Notes: generated from the sequence alone by a model not told the origin. Shown: positions 1-9,312, numbered from the stretch's first letter. The stretch is DNA of 64,000 bases from an uncultured Chloroflexia bacterium (GCA_963728205.1 CAVSIV010000001.1:192001-256000); one strand, 5' to 3'. A program made the numbers and translations.

Positions 1-13
1 GCGCGACTGGCCG

Positions 14-667
14 GTGCTGGCCGCGCTCTACGCGGTCGTGCTCCTCGCGGCGGCCGCCTCGCGCATCGAGATGGGGATGCTGCTCAAGCGCACCTGGCTC
101 GGCGTGCCGGTGTTCAGCGCGCTCGTCGTCGGGCCGTCGATCTTCTTCGTCGGCAGCCACCCGCTGTTCCACCTGCCGCTGGGCTTCGCGACGCTCACCG
201 CGCGCCGCGAGGGGCTCGCCGCGGCGGCATACTTCGTCGCGCGCGTCGACGTCTCGGTCACGCTCGCGATCACGCTCATCCTCACCACGCGCTGGGCCGA
301 GATCCTGCGCGCGCTGCGCTTCTTCCGCGTGCCCAACGTCTTCGTGCTGATCCTCTCGATGACCTACCGCTACCTCTTCCTCTTCCTGCACACCGCGAAC
401 GGCATGTTCGAGGCGCGCAAGAGCCGCGTCGTCGCGCGCACCGGCGGCAAGGAGCAGCGCTGGTGGATCGTCTCGACGATGGGCGCGCTGATGAGCCGCT
501 CGTTCCGCATGAGCGACGAGGTCTACCAGGCGATGCTCGCGCGGGGCTTCTCCGGCCGGCTGCTCACCTTCGACGACTACGACATGCGCGCGGCCGACTG
601 GGCGCTCGCCGTCGCCGCCTGCGCCGTCGCCGGCGCGGCGATCGCGGCCGGGGTGGCGCTGCCGTGA
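14..667 (+). CDS. cbiQ: Cobalt/nickel ECF transporter transmembrane T component (5' end probably upstream of window)
   Basis: Hydrophobic protein with 'LSMTYRYLFLF..ARKSR' and 'VYQAMLARGF' T-component motifs; overlaps downstream ABC ATPase. Confidence 0.85.
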   Translation: MLAALYAVVLLAAAASRIEMGMLLKRTWLGVPVFSALVVGPSIFFVGSHPLFHLPLGFATLTARREGLAAAAYFVARVDVSVTLAITLILTTRWAEILRALRFFRVPNVFVLILSMTYRYLFLFLHTANGMFEARKSRVVARTGGKEQRWWIVSTMGALMSRSFRMSDEVYQAMLARGFSGRLLTFDDYDMRAADWALAVAACAVAGAAIAAGVALP

Positions 668-1509
668 CGACCCCCGCGCCGACGACCGTCGCCCCCGCCA
701 TCTTCGAGCTCGACGACGTGCGCTTCGACTACCGCGGGCAGGTCGCGCTCGACGGCGTCTCGCTGACGATCCGCGAGGGCGAGCACGTCGCGCTGCTCGG
801 CGCGAACGGCTGCGGGAAGTCGACGCTGCTCAAGCTGCTCGACGGCCTGCTCGCGCCGACGGGCGGCACGCTGCGCGTGTTCGGCGAGGAGGTCGCGACG
901 CTCGCGGGCGACGAGGAAGCCGGTCACGTGTTCCACCGGCGGGTCGGGCTCGTGTTCCAGGATCCCGACGTGCAGCTGTTCTCGGCGACCGTCGGCGACG
1001 ACGTCGCGTTCGGCCCGCTGCAGCTGGGCTGGCCGCTGGTCGAGGTGCGCCACGCCGTGGAGTCGGCGCTCGGGCAGATGGAGATCCTGCACCTGCGCGA
1101 CCGTGCGCCGTTCGAACTGTCGGGCGGCGAGAAGAAGCGCGCGGCGATCGCGTCGGTGCTGTCGCTGAGCCCCGACGTCGTCCTGCTCGACGAGCCGACC
1201 GCGAGCCTGGACCCGCGCACGAAGTGGCTGCTCGTGAACCTGATCCAGGACCTGGGCAACCAGGGGAAGACCATCGTCACCGCGACGCACGAGCTCGAGA
1301 TCGTGCCGATCATCGCCGACCGCGTGGTCGTGATCGGGGAGGACCGCCGCGTGATCGCCGACGGCACGCCGGCCGAGGTGCTGGCTGATGAGGCGCTGCT
1401 GGTGCGCGCGAACCTGATCCACGAGCACCTGCACCGGCACCTGGAGTTCGTGCACTCGCACCCGCACGAGCCCGGCCACCACGACGGTGCAGGCGAACCG
1501 CCGGCATAA
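664..1509 (+). CDS. cbiO: ECF transporter ATPase with His-rich C-terminus
   Basis: Walker A GANGCGKS, LSGGEKKR, Walker B LLDEP; GTG start overlaps cbiQ stop (GTGA); tail HEHLHRHLEFVHSHPHEPGHH. Confidence 0.85.
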   Translation: MTTPAPTTVAPAIFELDDVRFDYRGQVALDGVSLTIREGEHVALLGANGCGKSTLLKLLDGLLAPTGGTLRVFGEEVATLAGDEEAGHVFHRRVGLVFQDPDVQLFSATVGDDVAFGPLQLGWPLVEVRHAVESALGQMEILHLRDRAPFELSGGEKKRAAIASVLSLSPDVVLLDEPTASLDPRTKWLLVNLIQDLGNQGKTIVTATHELEIVPIIADRVVVIGEDRRVIADGTPAEVLADEALLVRANLIHEHLHRHLEFVHSHPHEPGHHDGAGEPPA

Positions 1510-1533
1510 CGCCGCCGGCCTGCGACACCGCCG

Positions 1534-1700
1534 GCGCGCGGCGCGCTTCAGGCGCGCCGTGTGTAGTACCTGCCCTGTCCCGCGCGCGGCGCGCTTCAGG
1601 CGCGCCGTGTGCAGTGGCTTTCTCTCGGCGAGAGGTCGCCCGCGAGGCGAACCGCGCGGAGGAAGCCACTGCACACAGCCGGCCCGAAGCCGGCCGTGTG
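1534..1700. repeat. Intergenic direct and inverted repeat cluster between convergent genes
   Basis: 30-bp direct repeat gcgcgcggcgcgcttcaggcgcgccgtgtg at 1534 and 1582; inverted pair gtgtgcagtggctt (1607-1620) / aagccactgcacac (1663-1676). Confidence 0.75.
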
Positions 1701-1704
1701 CCGG

Positions 1705-2458
1705 TCAGGGCTCGAACCGGTATCCCACGCGCCGCACCGTGAGCAGGTGTCGCGGATTCGCCGGGTTCGTCTCCAGCTTGCGTCGCAGCCAGTACACGTG
1801 GACATCGACGGTGCGCGTGTCGCCCGAGTAGTCGTAGCCCCACACCGCGTTCAGCAGGGCGTCGCGCGTGAACACCTGGCGCGGGTGCCGCGCGAGGAAC
1901 GCGAGCAGCGCCTACTCGCGCGGCGCCAGCTCCACGACCGCGCAGCGCAGTCGCACCTCGTGCGCGCCGTCGTCGATCGCGATTTCCGGGGCGGCCGCGA
2001 CCGGCGCCTCCGCGCGCGGGGCGGCCGGCTCGCGCGCGCGGCGCAGCACGGTCTTCGACGCGGGTCACCACCTCGCGGACCGAGAACGGTTTGGCGACAT
2101 AATCATATGCGCCGTGCTCCAGCCCGACGATGCGGTCGGCGACCTCGCCGCGGGCGCTCAGGACGAGCACGGGGATGTTCGACTCGCGCCGCAGCACGCG
2201 CAGTAGGTCGAGCCCCGGCATGCCGGGCAGCATCAGGTCGAGCAGCAGCAGGTCCGGGCGGCCGTCGCGCGCGAGGCGCAGGCCTTCGACGCCGTCCTCG
2301 GCGGTCGCGACTTCGTATCCGGCGCGCGCGAGGTGGTACGCGAGCACCTCGCGGATCGCGAGGTCGTCCTCGACGAGGAGGACGCGCGCGGCCGCGTCGG
2401 TTGCGCGCGGAGCGCTAGCGGCGTCGAGGATGGACCGTGACCGCACCGGACGTCCCAT
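1705..2458 (-). pseudogene. OmpR/PhoB-family response regulator, disrupted
   Basis: Receiver domain (VLLVEDD, DLMLPG, KPFS) in one frame and winged-helix ([25 protein letters not shown]) in another; frameshift near 2056 plus in-frame TAG at 1912-1914. Confidence 0.8.
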
Positions 2459-2804
2459 CGACCAGCACGTCGTCGCCCGTGGCGATGGCGGCGGTCGCGT
2501 CGGGCAGCGCGACGACCGCGGGGACGTGCAGCTCGCGCGCGAGCATCAGCCCGCCCGACAGGGTGGCGCCGCGCTCGGCGACGACGGCGCCGGCGAACGG
2601 CAGCAGCGCCGCGAGCTGCGGCGTGATCGCGGGGACGACGAGCACCTCGCCCGGCCGCAGCGACTCGTGCGCGCCGACCCGGGTGAGCACGCGCGCGACG
2701 CCGAAGCAGACGCCCCCGCCGGCGGGCGTGCCGCGCATGCGGACCGTGCGTGGGGGGTCGACGGCGGGTGGGGGAGAGGCGTCGAGCGCGGGCGGATGGG
2801 GCAC
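2415..2804 (-). CDS. Stand-alone PEP-utilizing enzyme mobile (swivelling) domain protein lacking the phospho-His
   Basis: GEVLVVPAITP..GAVVAERGATLSGGLMLARELHVPAVV..GDDVLVDGTSGAV; GAGGAG upstream of GTG at 2804. Confidence 0.7.
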   Translation of the reverse strand: MPHPPALDASPPPAVDPPRTVRMRGTPAGGGVCFGVARVLTRVGAHESLRPGEVLVVPAITPQLAALLPFAGAVVAERGATLSGGLMLARELHVPAVVALPDATAAIATGDDVLVDGTSGAVTVHPRRR

Positions 2805-2929
2805 GGGGAGCGGCTCCTCTGGCACTGCTGCGCGGTGCGACGTTCGCACCGGCGCTTCGAGCCTACGGTCGAGGAGGAGCGCGACCGTGAACGCGCGGTT
2901 AGCGCGGGGAAAAAGCTGGGTTAACGTCG

Positions 2930-3073
2930 AAGCGGCGGCGGATACGCCGCCGACAGGTCGAGGTCGGTCGCGTCGCGCGGCGGCCCCGCGAGGGGCGGCA
3001 TCGTGCATAGTGGCGCGTCGCCCGGGCGCGCCCGGACGGGGCGTCGACGTCGGCGGCGTGTCTGCCGCCGCTT
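2930..3073. repeat. REP doublet / REPIN-like element, copy 1
   Basis: aagcggcggcggatacgccgccgac (2930-2954) and inverted gtcggcggcgtgtctgccgccgctt (3049-3073). Confidence 0.8.
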
Positions 3074-3608
3074 ACGGGGTGGCGGTGGCGGTGCCCATGG
3101 GCATCGCCATGCCGCCGTAGTCGCCGACCGGCGCGGTGAACGCGACCTTGCCGGCGTGTTCGAACGTCAGCGTCACCTGCACCGTCGCGCCCGGCGCGAG
3201 CCGGCGCTGCAGCGCCGTCATCATCACGTGGTAGCCGCCGGGCGCGAGCCGAACCTCGCCGTGCGCCGGCACCGAGAGCCCGCCGGCCAGGGGGCGCATC
3301 ACGCTGGTCGAGCCCTGCTCGACGGTCTCGTGGACCATTGCGCTGCCGGACGCGTCCGTGGTCACCGCGGTCAGCAGGTCCGCCCTGTCGCCGTCGTTGC
3401 GCACCGTGAAGTAGAGGGCGGCGACGTCGCCGGACGCGGGCGCCGGCACCATCGGCGCGGAGACGGAGATGTTGCCGCTGCGCGCCACCGGCGACGGCGC
3501 CGGCGTGGCCTTCCCGCCGGACCCGCCGCACGCGGCGACCGTCAGCGCGAGCAGCACGCCGCCCGCCGCGGCCCACGCGCGCACCCGCACCGCGCTCACG
3601 CTAGGCAC
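3072..3608 (-). CDS. Periplasmic copper chaperone PCu(A)C lipoprotein
   Basis: Lipobox VAAC; H-x10-M-x21-H-x-M motif (MVHETVEQGSTSVM...GGYHVMM). Confidence 0.9.
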   Translation of the reverse strand: MPSVSAVRVRAWAAAGGVLLALTVAACGGSGGKATPAPSPVARSGNISVSAPMVPAPASGDVAALYFTVRNDGDRADLLTAVTTDASGSAMVHETVEQGSTSVMRPLAGGLSVPAHGEVRLAPGGYHVMMTALQRRLAPGATVQVTLTFEHAGKVAFTAPVGDYGGMAMPMGTATATP

Positions 3609-4293
3609 CCTTCCACCCCGATTGCACCAGCTTGGTCAGGTCGTGCACCCACTCGGCCTGCGACAGCCCCAGCGGGAACACCAGGTGCGAATGGTTGTCC
3701 TGCGCGAACGCCGTCACCCACGCGGCGTGCGTCACCGCGTAGTCGCCGTTGTCGAGCGGCGTCTTCTCGGCGGGCGGCAGGCCGTCGGCGATCTCCGCGG
3801 CTTGCACCTCCTGCACCGAGCCGGTCAGGCCGATGAAGTTCGTGTCGAAGTGGTCGAGCCACGCGCGGATCACCGGGGCGGTGTCGCGCTCCGGGTCGGT
3901 CGTGACGAAGACGACCTTCACCTTGCTCGCGACGTCCGGACCGGCCGCCTTGAGCGCGGCCGCGATCGTCGCCATATGCGTCGGGCAGACGTCGGGGCAG
4001 TGCGTGTAGCCGTAATAGAGCAGCGTTACGGTGCCGTCGGTCCGGGCCGCGAAGTCGAACGGCTGCCCGGAGGTGTCGGTGAGCGTGAAGCTCGGCTTCG
4101 CGCCGGGCGTCCCGAGGATGCCGGCGTACCAGCCGCCCTCGGGCGACGCCGACGCCGCCGCGCCGCCGGACGGCGACGCAGAGCCGCCGCACGCGGCAGC
4201 GAGCACGAGGAACGCAGCGCACAGCGCGACGGCGCCGAGCCGCGACGCGCGGCCGGACGGGCGAGCGGCGGGCGGACGGGACGTGCGGATCAT
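3601..4293 (-). CDS. SCO1/SenC family copper-binding lipoprotein
   Basis: YGYTHCPDVCP (CxxxC), DPERDT, downstream His (YAVTH); lipobox LAAAC. Confidence 0.92.
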   Translation of the reverse strand: MIRTSRPPAARPSGRASRLGAVALCAAFLVLAAACGGSASPSGGAAASASPEGGWYAGILGTPGAKPSFTLTDTSGQPFDFAARTDGTVTLLYYGYTHCPDVCPTHMATIAAALKAAGPDVASKVKVVFVTTDPERDTAPVIRAWLDHFDTNFIGLTGSVQEVQAAEIADGLPPAEKTPLDNGDYAVTHAAWVTAFAQDNHSHLVFPLGLSQAEWVHDLTKLVQSGWKGA

Positions 4294-4397
4294 CGGCGGC
4301 GATCTCCACGGAGCGGCGTGCGGCGAGCCAGTTCACGATAGGTGGGATCGCCCCCGGCCGCTCGTCGTCGGCGCGCGACCGGCCACGCGCGGGGACC

Positions 4398-5300
4398 TCA
4401 GTCCCCGCCGCCGCCCGCCGCCTGCGCCACCTCCGCCGCCAGCGCGCGGTCCAGTTCGCGCCCGCGCAGCAGCGACGGGATCCCGCTCTCCGGCGACAGC
4501 GTCAGCCCGACGAGGAACGTCCCGGTCGCGAGCAGCACGATCGTGCTGCCGGGCGGCACGTTGAGGTGCGCCGCGAGCAGCAGCCCGCCCACGCCCTCCG
4601 CCGCGCCGATCGCCGCGGCGAGCGCCATCATCGTGGAGAGCCGCGTCACGAAGAACCGCGCCGTGGCGGCCGGGCTCACCACCATCGCCAGCACGAGGAT
4701 GTTCCCCACCGTGCGCAGCGAGACGACGATCGTGACCGTGAGCAGCGTCAGCAGCAGCAGGTCGAGCACGACGACCGGGTAGCCCATCGCACCGGCGCTC
4801 GTTGGGTCGAACGCGACCAGCTTGAACTCCTTGTAGAGCAGCGCGACCCCGATCAGCACGAGCACGGTCATCGCCGCCGCGCCCAGGACGTCCGCGCGCG
4901 ACACGCCGAGGATCTGGCCGAAGAGGAACGCGTTGAGGTCCTGCCGGTAGGTGGTCGTGCGGCTGATCAGGAAGACGCCCAGCGCGAACGCGCCGACGAA
5001 GAGCACGCCGATCGCGCTGTCCGCGCTCACCCGCCGCCCCGACGACACCGCGCCGATCGCAAGCGCCGTCGCGACGCCGGAGACGAGCGCGCCGAGAAAC
5101 GTCGGCGCGCCGAGCAGGAACGCGATCACGAGCCCCGGGAACACCGCGTGCACGAGCGCGTCGCCGAAGAACGACCACCCGCGCAGCACGACGAACGTGC
5201 CGAGCACGCCGTTGAGCACGCCCATGAACAGCACGGCCCACAGCGCGTGCTGGATGAACTGGTAGCGCAGCGGGTCGAGGAACGCCTCAACGAGATGCAT
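4398..5300 (-). CDS. Zn/Mn ABC transporter permease (ZnuB/MntB family)
   Basis: GTFVVLRGWSFFGDALVHAVFPG, LFGQIL, FDPTSA motifs; polytopic membrane protein. Confidence 0.9.
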   Translation of the reverse strand: MHLVEAFLDPLRYQFIQHALWAVLFMGVLNGVLGTFVVLRGWSFFGDALVHAVFPGLVIAFLLGAPTFLGALVSGVATALAIGAVSSGRRVSADSAIGVLFVGAFALGVFLISRTTTYRQDLNAFLFGQILGVSRADVLGAAAMTVLVLIGVALLYKEFKLVAFDPTSAGAMGYPVVVLDLLLLTLLTVTIVVSLRTVGNILVLAMVVSPAATARFFVTRLSTMMALAAAIGAAEGVGGLLLAAHLNVPPGSTIVLLATGTFLVGLTLSPESGIPSLLRGRELDRALAAEVAQAAGGGGD

Positions 5301-6135
5301 CGTGGTGCACCGTCTCCGCGCTCATGATGAACGGCGCGGCGAGCGCCGACTCGTGGAAGTGCAGCTGCCCGCCGAACGTCGGCTCGAGGTACTGCGGCAC
5401 GAGCGTGTCGCGCGTCGGCCCCGTCGCGATCAGCCGGCCGCCGTTGAGCAGCACGACGCGGTCGCAGGTGTGCGCGGCCGTCTCCAGGTCGTGCGTCGCC
5501 ATCACCACCGTGCCGCCCATCGCGACGCGCTGCCGCAGGATCTCGATCACGCGCTCCTGCGTGCCGGCGTCGACGCCGTTCAGCGGCTCGTCGAGCAGCA
5601 GCAGGTCGGCGCGCTGCACGAGCGCCCGCGCGATGAACGCGCGCTGCTGCTGGCCGCCCGAGAGCTGGCCGATCTGCTCGTTGCGACGGTCGAGCAGGTC
5701 GACCTCGGCGAGTGCCGCCAGCGCGTCCTCGCGGTCGGCGCGGCGCAGCCGCCCGAACCAGCCGCGCTCGCGGTAGCGGCCCATCTCGGCGACTTCCTGC
5801 ACGGTGACGGGGAACTCCCAGTGCACGTCCTCGCGCTGTGCCACGTAGGCGATGCGCGAGCGCGAGTCCGCGATGCTGCGCCCGAAGACCTGGACGCGCC
5901 CGCGTCGCACGCGCGCCAGCCCTGTGATCGCGCGCAGCAGCGACGTCTTGCCCGAGCCGTTCGGCCCGAGCAGCGCCACCATGCTGCCGGCGGGAATCTC
6001 GAGGTCGACGGCGCGCAGTGCGACGCGCCGCCCGAGCACGACCGAGACCGACTCGAGCACGACGGCGGGCGCGCGCGTGGCTCGGGCCGTGGGCGCCCGG
6101 CGATTCGCGGTCGCGTCGCTCGTGGCCTCGTTCAC
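5287..6135 (-). CDS. Zn/Mn ABC transporter ATPase (ZnuC family)
   Basis: GPNGSGKT, FPVTV, LSGGQQQR, LLDEP, THDL. Confidence 0.9.
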   Translation of the reverse strand: MNEATSDATANRRAPTARATRAPAVVLESVSVVLGRRVALRAVDLEIPAGSMVALLGPNGSGKTSLLRAITGLARVRRGRVQVFGRSIADSRSRIAYVAQREDVHWEFPVTVQEVAEMGRYRERGWFGRLRRADREDALAALAEVDLLDRRNEQIGQLSGGQQQRAFIARALVQRADLLLLDEPLNGVDAGTQERVIEILRQRVAMGGTVVMATHDLETAAHTCDRVVLLNGGRLIATGPTRDTLVPQYLEPTFGGQLHFHESALAAPFIMSAETVHHDASR

Positions 6136-6211
6136 GTCGTCGGATACCGCTCAACCGCGCTCAACCGGCCGGGCGAGGCCCGGCGGCGTGCGAGAAGACG
6201 ATAGGAACGAT

Positions 6212-6226
6212 TGAGACTAGGTGTCA
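6212..6226. promoter_or_regulatory. Putative Fur-family (Zur-like) 7-1-7 operator
   Basis: tgagact-a-ggtgtca upstream of the metal ABC ATPase; same motif occurs twice upstream of the binding protein. Confidence 0.65.
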
Positions 6227-6289
6227 ATTTCGACGAGAAGAACCCGACACGGCCGTCGCATCGACCAATCCGTCTAATCACGAGATCAC

Positions 6290-6967
6290 ATGATCGAAAG
6301 GCTCGACCGGGTGGCGCCATGTGTGCATCATGGAAGCGTGCTCCGAGAACGCCGACGCACCGCCCCCACGCGCGCCCTCATCGTGGTCGCGCTCGCGGCG
6401 CTCACGCTGCTGCTGCTCGCCGCCTGCGGCGGCGGGTCGTCCGCGGCGACCGTGACCGCGACGACGCCCGTCGCGCGCACCGCGACCCCGGCGCCGCCGA
6501 CCGCGACCCCCACGCCGACGGAGACGCCCTCCGCGACCCCGACCCCGACCCCCGCGTCCGCGCCGGCCGCCGTGGCCCCGACCGAGGGCCACTGGATCGA
6601 CGTCGACGTGACGACGTTCATGGTGCGGTTGATGGACGGGAAGCAAGTCGTGCAGGAGATCGGCCCGATCGCGGTCGGCGCCCAGGTCGATACCGGGGCG
6701 TACGAGTCGACGCAGACCGGCCTCTTCCACGTCTACAACAAGATCGCGCCACTCAGCTACGACGCGCCGTACAAGACCTACATCCAGTGGTGGGTCGGCT
6801 TCGACCCGCAGAAGGCCAACGGCTTCCATTCGTTCCTCGAGGACCAGGACGGCAAGGTCGTGGACGGCTCGACGGGACGCGTCTCGAACGGCTGCATCCG
6901 CACGCCGAACCCGAAGGCGCTCTTCGACTTCGCGGACATCGGCACGCCGGTCTACGTGCACACGTAA
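6290..6967 (+). CDS. L,D-transpeptidase (YkuD-domain) lipoprotein; start may be downstream (about 6337)
   Basis: Lipobox LAAC, Thr/Pro linker, WIDVD..TQTGLFHVYNK..GFH-x15-SNGCIR. Confidence 0.8.
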   Translation: MIERLDRVAPCVHHGSVLRERRRTAPTRALIVVALAALTLLLLAACGGGSSAATVTATTPVARTATPAPPTATPTPTETPSATPTPTPASAPAAVAPTEGHWIDVDVTTFMVRLMDGKQVVQEIGPIAVGAQVDTGAYESTQTGLFHVYNKIAPLSYDAPYKTYIQWWVGFDPQKANGFHSFLEDQDGKVVDGSTGRVSNGCIRTPNPKALFDFADIGTPVYVHT

Positions 6968-6995
6968 CGGAGCGCGGCCGGGGGTGCGCGGCGCG

Positions 6996-7931
6996 CTACT
7001 TGAGCGCGTCCGCGATGTTCCGCGCGTTCGTCTCCATCATCCCGATGTAGGTGTCGGCGCCCGAGCCGGGTGCGCCGAGGCTGTCGCCGTAGAGGTTCGA
7101 CACGACCTTCACGTGCGCCTCGCTCGCGAGCGTCTGCGCGAGCCGCGGGCTCAGGCTCTGCTCGGTGAAGATCGCCTTCACGTCCTGGGCACGAATCTGC
7201 GCGATGAGGTCGGTGACCTGGCCGGTGGTCGGCTCCTGGTTCGTGTTCAGGCCCTGCAGCACCGAGCCGACGTACTCCAGCCCGAAGTGGTCCGTGAAGT
7301 AGCGGAACGCGTCGTGGTCCGTGACCATCTTGCGGCCGTTCGCGGGGATCCCGTCGATGGTCGCCTGCGCCGTGCGGTCCATCGCGCGCACGCGGCTGAG
7401 GTAGTCGTCCGCGCGCGTGCCGAAGGCGGCGGCATCGGCGGGGTCGGCCCCGGCCAGCGCGTCGCGGACGGCGGGGATCAGCGCCTCGACGTTCGTCGGG
7501 TCCATCCAGTAGTGGGGGTCGGCCTCGCCGCCCTGCGTGCGCAGGTGCACGACGGTGGAAAGGTCGACGATCGGCCGCTTCCCGCCGGCGTTCTGCAGGA
7601 TGCGGTCGAGCCAGTCGTCGATCCCCGCACCGCTCTTGAAGACGACCTGCGACCGGGCCACGGCGGCGACGTCGCCGGGCGTCGGCTCGAAGTCGTGCGG
7701 GTCCTGGTTCGGCTTGACCAGCGTCGTCACGGCCGCGGCCGGGCCGGCGATCTCGCGCACGATGTCGCCGAGCTGCGTCGTCGTGGCGACGACCGTGAGC
7801 GCGGGCTTCGCCGTCGCGGGTGGGCGTGCACTGCTCCCTCCGCACGCGGCCAGCGCCAGGGCGGCTGCGGCGGACAGGAGGAGGCACGCGGAACGCCGCG
7901 GCGCTCGCGTGCTCCACGGCAGTGACGGCAT
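6996..7931 (-). CDS. Zn/Mn ABC substrate-binding lipoprotein (ZnuA/TroA family)
   Basis: DPHDFEPTP, DPHYWMDP, DHDAFRYF, LYGDSLG; lipobox LAAC. Confidence 0.92.
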   Translation of the reverse strand: MPSLPWSTRAPRRSACLLLSAAAALALAACGGSSARPPATAKPALTVVATTTQLGDIVREIAGPAAAVTTLVKPNQDPHDFEPTPGDVAAVARSQVVFKSGAGIDDWLDRILQNAGGKRPIVDLSTVVHLRTQGGEADPHYWMDPTNVEALIPAVRDALAGADPADAAAFGTRADDYLSRVRAMDRTAQATIDGIPANGRKMVTDHDAFRYFTDHFGLEYVGSVLQGLNTNQEPTTGQVTDLIAQIRAQDVKAIFTEQSLSPRLAQTLASEAHVKVVSNLYGDSLGAPGSGADTYIGMMETNARNIADALK

Positions 7932-8021
7932 CGCGGTCTCCGTTCGCACTCGAGCGCGGCGTCGGCACGGCACGGCAGTCAGCATGCCCCGGGGGCGCCG
8001 CGCGCGCATGAACGTCATCCA

Positions 8022-8111
8022 AAGCCGGCGGCAGAGATGCCGCCGACGGAAGCGCGGCGCCAGCCGCGGACTGCGTCCGCGTCCTGTCGGCGGCGTCTCT
8101 GCCGCCGCGTT
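8022..8111. repeat. REP doublet / REPIN-like element, copy 2
   Basis: cggcggcagagatgccgccgac ... gtcggcggcgtctctgccgccg. Confidence 0.8.
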
Positions 8112-8132
8112 GACGTTCCGACGAGGGCGGAG

Positions 8133-8168
8133 TGAGACTGAGTGTCAGGTTAATGATACTGAGTGTCA
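8133..8168. promoter_or_regulatory. Tandem putative Zur-like operators
   Basis: tgagact-g-agtgtca (8133-8147) and tgatact-g-agtgtca (8154-8168), 21 bp apart. Confidence 0.7.
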
Positions 8169-8238
8169 ATTCCCGGCACGCTTCCAGCGGCTATCATCGG
8201 GCGCGCCCCGCACGCCTCGCGCACCGGAAGAGGGATTC

Positions 8239-8772
8239 GTGACCGATCGCATCACCCTGCAGTCCTACCTTGCGCGCTACACGCGCTCGCTGCTGACGGG
8301 CACCGCCGGCGCCATCACCGACCTGTCTCAGGACGACCTGCAGTTCCGGCCGGGCGACGACACCAACTCGATCGGCTTCGAGGCGTGGCACATCGCGCGC
8401 ACCGCCGACAACCTCGTGCACTTCGCGTTCGAGCGCGAGCAGCCGGTCTGGCTGCAGCGCGGCCTCGACCAGGCGTGGGGGCTGCCGAAGGTGGACCAGG
8501 GGACGGGCATGACGCCCGCCGACGCGCACGCGCTGCGCTTCCCTGAGCCGGCGGCGCTCGCCGGCTACGCCGAGGCCGTGCGCGACGCCATCGTCCCGCG
8601 CATCGAGGCGATGAGCGACGAGTACCTCGCGACGAAGATGACGATCCGGCCGAACGGCGAGATGGCGCGCGGCGACATCATCGGGCAGGTGATCATCGCG
8701 CACGGCAACAACCATCTCGGGATGATCAGCACGGCGCGGTCGCTGCTCGGGAAGCCCGGCCTGGGGTTCTAG
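8239..8772 (+). CDS. DinB/YfiT superfamily protein
   Basis: NSIGFEAWHIART and IIAHGNNHLGMI His triad; GAGGG before GTG. Confidence 0.85.
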   Translation: MTDRITLQSYLARYTRSLLTGTAGAITDLSQDDLQFRPGDDTNSIGFEAWHIARTADNLVHFAFEREQPVWLQRGLDQAWGLPKVDQGTGMTPADAHALRFPEPAALAGYAEAVRDAIVPRIEAMSDEYLATKMTIRPNGEMARGDIIGQVIIAHGNNHLGMISTARSLLGKPGLGF

Positions 8773-8957
8773 GGTCCTCCGCGTCTGCGGCTCGCCGTCG
8801 CGCGAGTGTGGCCGTTCACAGATCCGCCGATCGGCCAATCGCGCGCCTGCGCATTCGCGCGGTGCCGCGAGGACGTTCGGCGGCGCGCTCCCCGACGACG
8901 TCCTCTGCCGGCGCTCGCCGCCCCGACGCACCATGCAGGAGCGAAGGGGAGGCTGCC

Positions 8958-9155
8958 ATGAACGCGTTCACTGCCTTCATGAACGGCGTCGTCGGGCGCG
9001 TTGCGCGCGTCGTCGTCGGCGTCGTGCTCATCTACCTCGGTCTGGCACAGCTCGGAGGGGTGGCGGGCATCGTCGTCGCCCTCGTTGGCGTCGTTCCACT
9101 GGTGATGGGCCTGTGGGGCCGGTGCCTCGTCGAGTTCGTGGCTCGACCGGCGTAA
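8958..9155 (+). CDS. YgaP-like (DUF2892) small membrane protein
   Basis: MN..GRVARVVVG two-TM protein ending G..G.C; strong GGAGG RBS. Confidence 0.8.
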   Translation: MNAFTAFMNGVVGRVARVVVGVVLIYLGLAQLGGVAGIVVALVGVVPLVMGLWGRCLVEFVARPA

Positions 9156-9312
9156 CACTGTTCGCCGCCCGGCGCCCGGTGGCTCGTGCAGCCGCCGCGG
9201 CATGCCCCGCCGGGTCGGCGGCCCCGTTCCGTCTCGGCCTCGCGCCGCCGTTCCGCGTGGCGTCGCGTGCCTGCCCGCGCCCCTTGCGTGCCCGTAATCC
9301 TCTCGGTCGACG

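Noticed and set aside
1912-1914. In-frame UAG as pyrrolysine
   Set aside because: The gene also has a frameshift, the site is not catalytic and no pyl genes are visible
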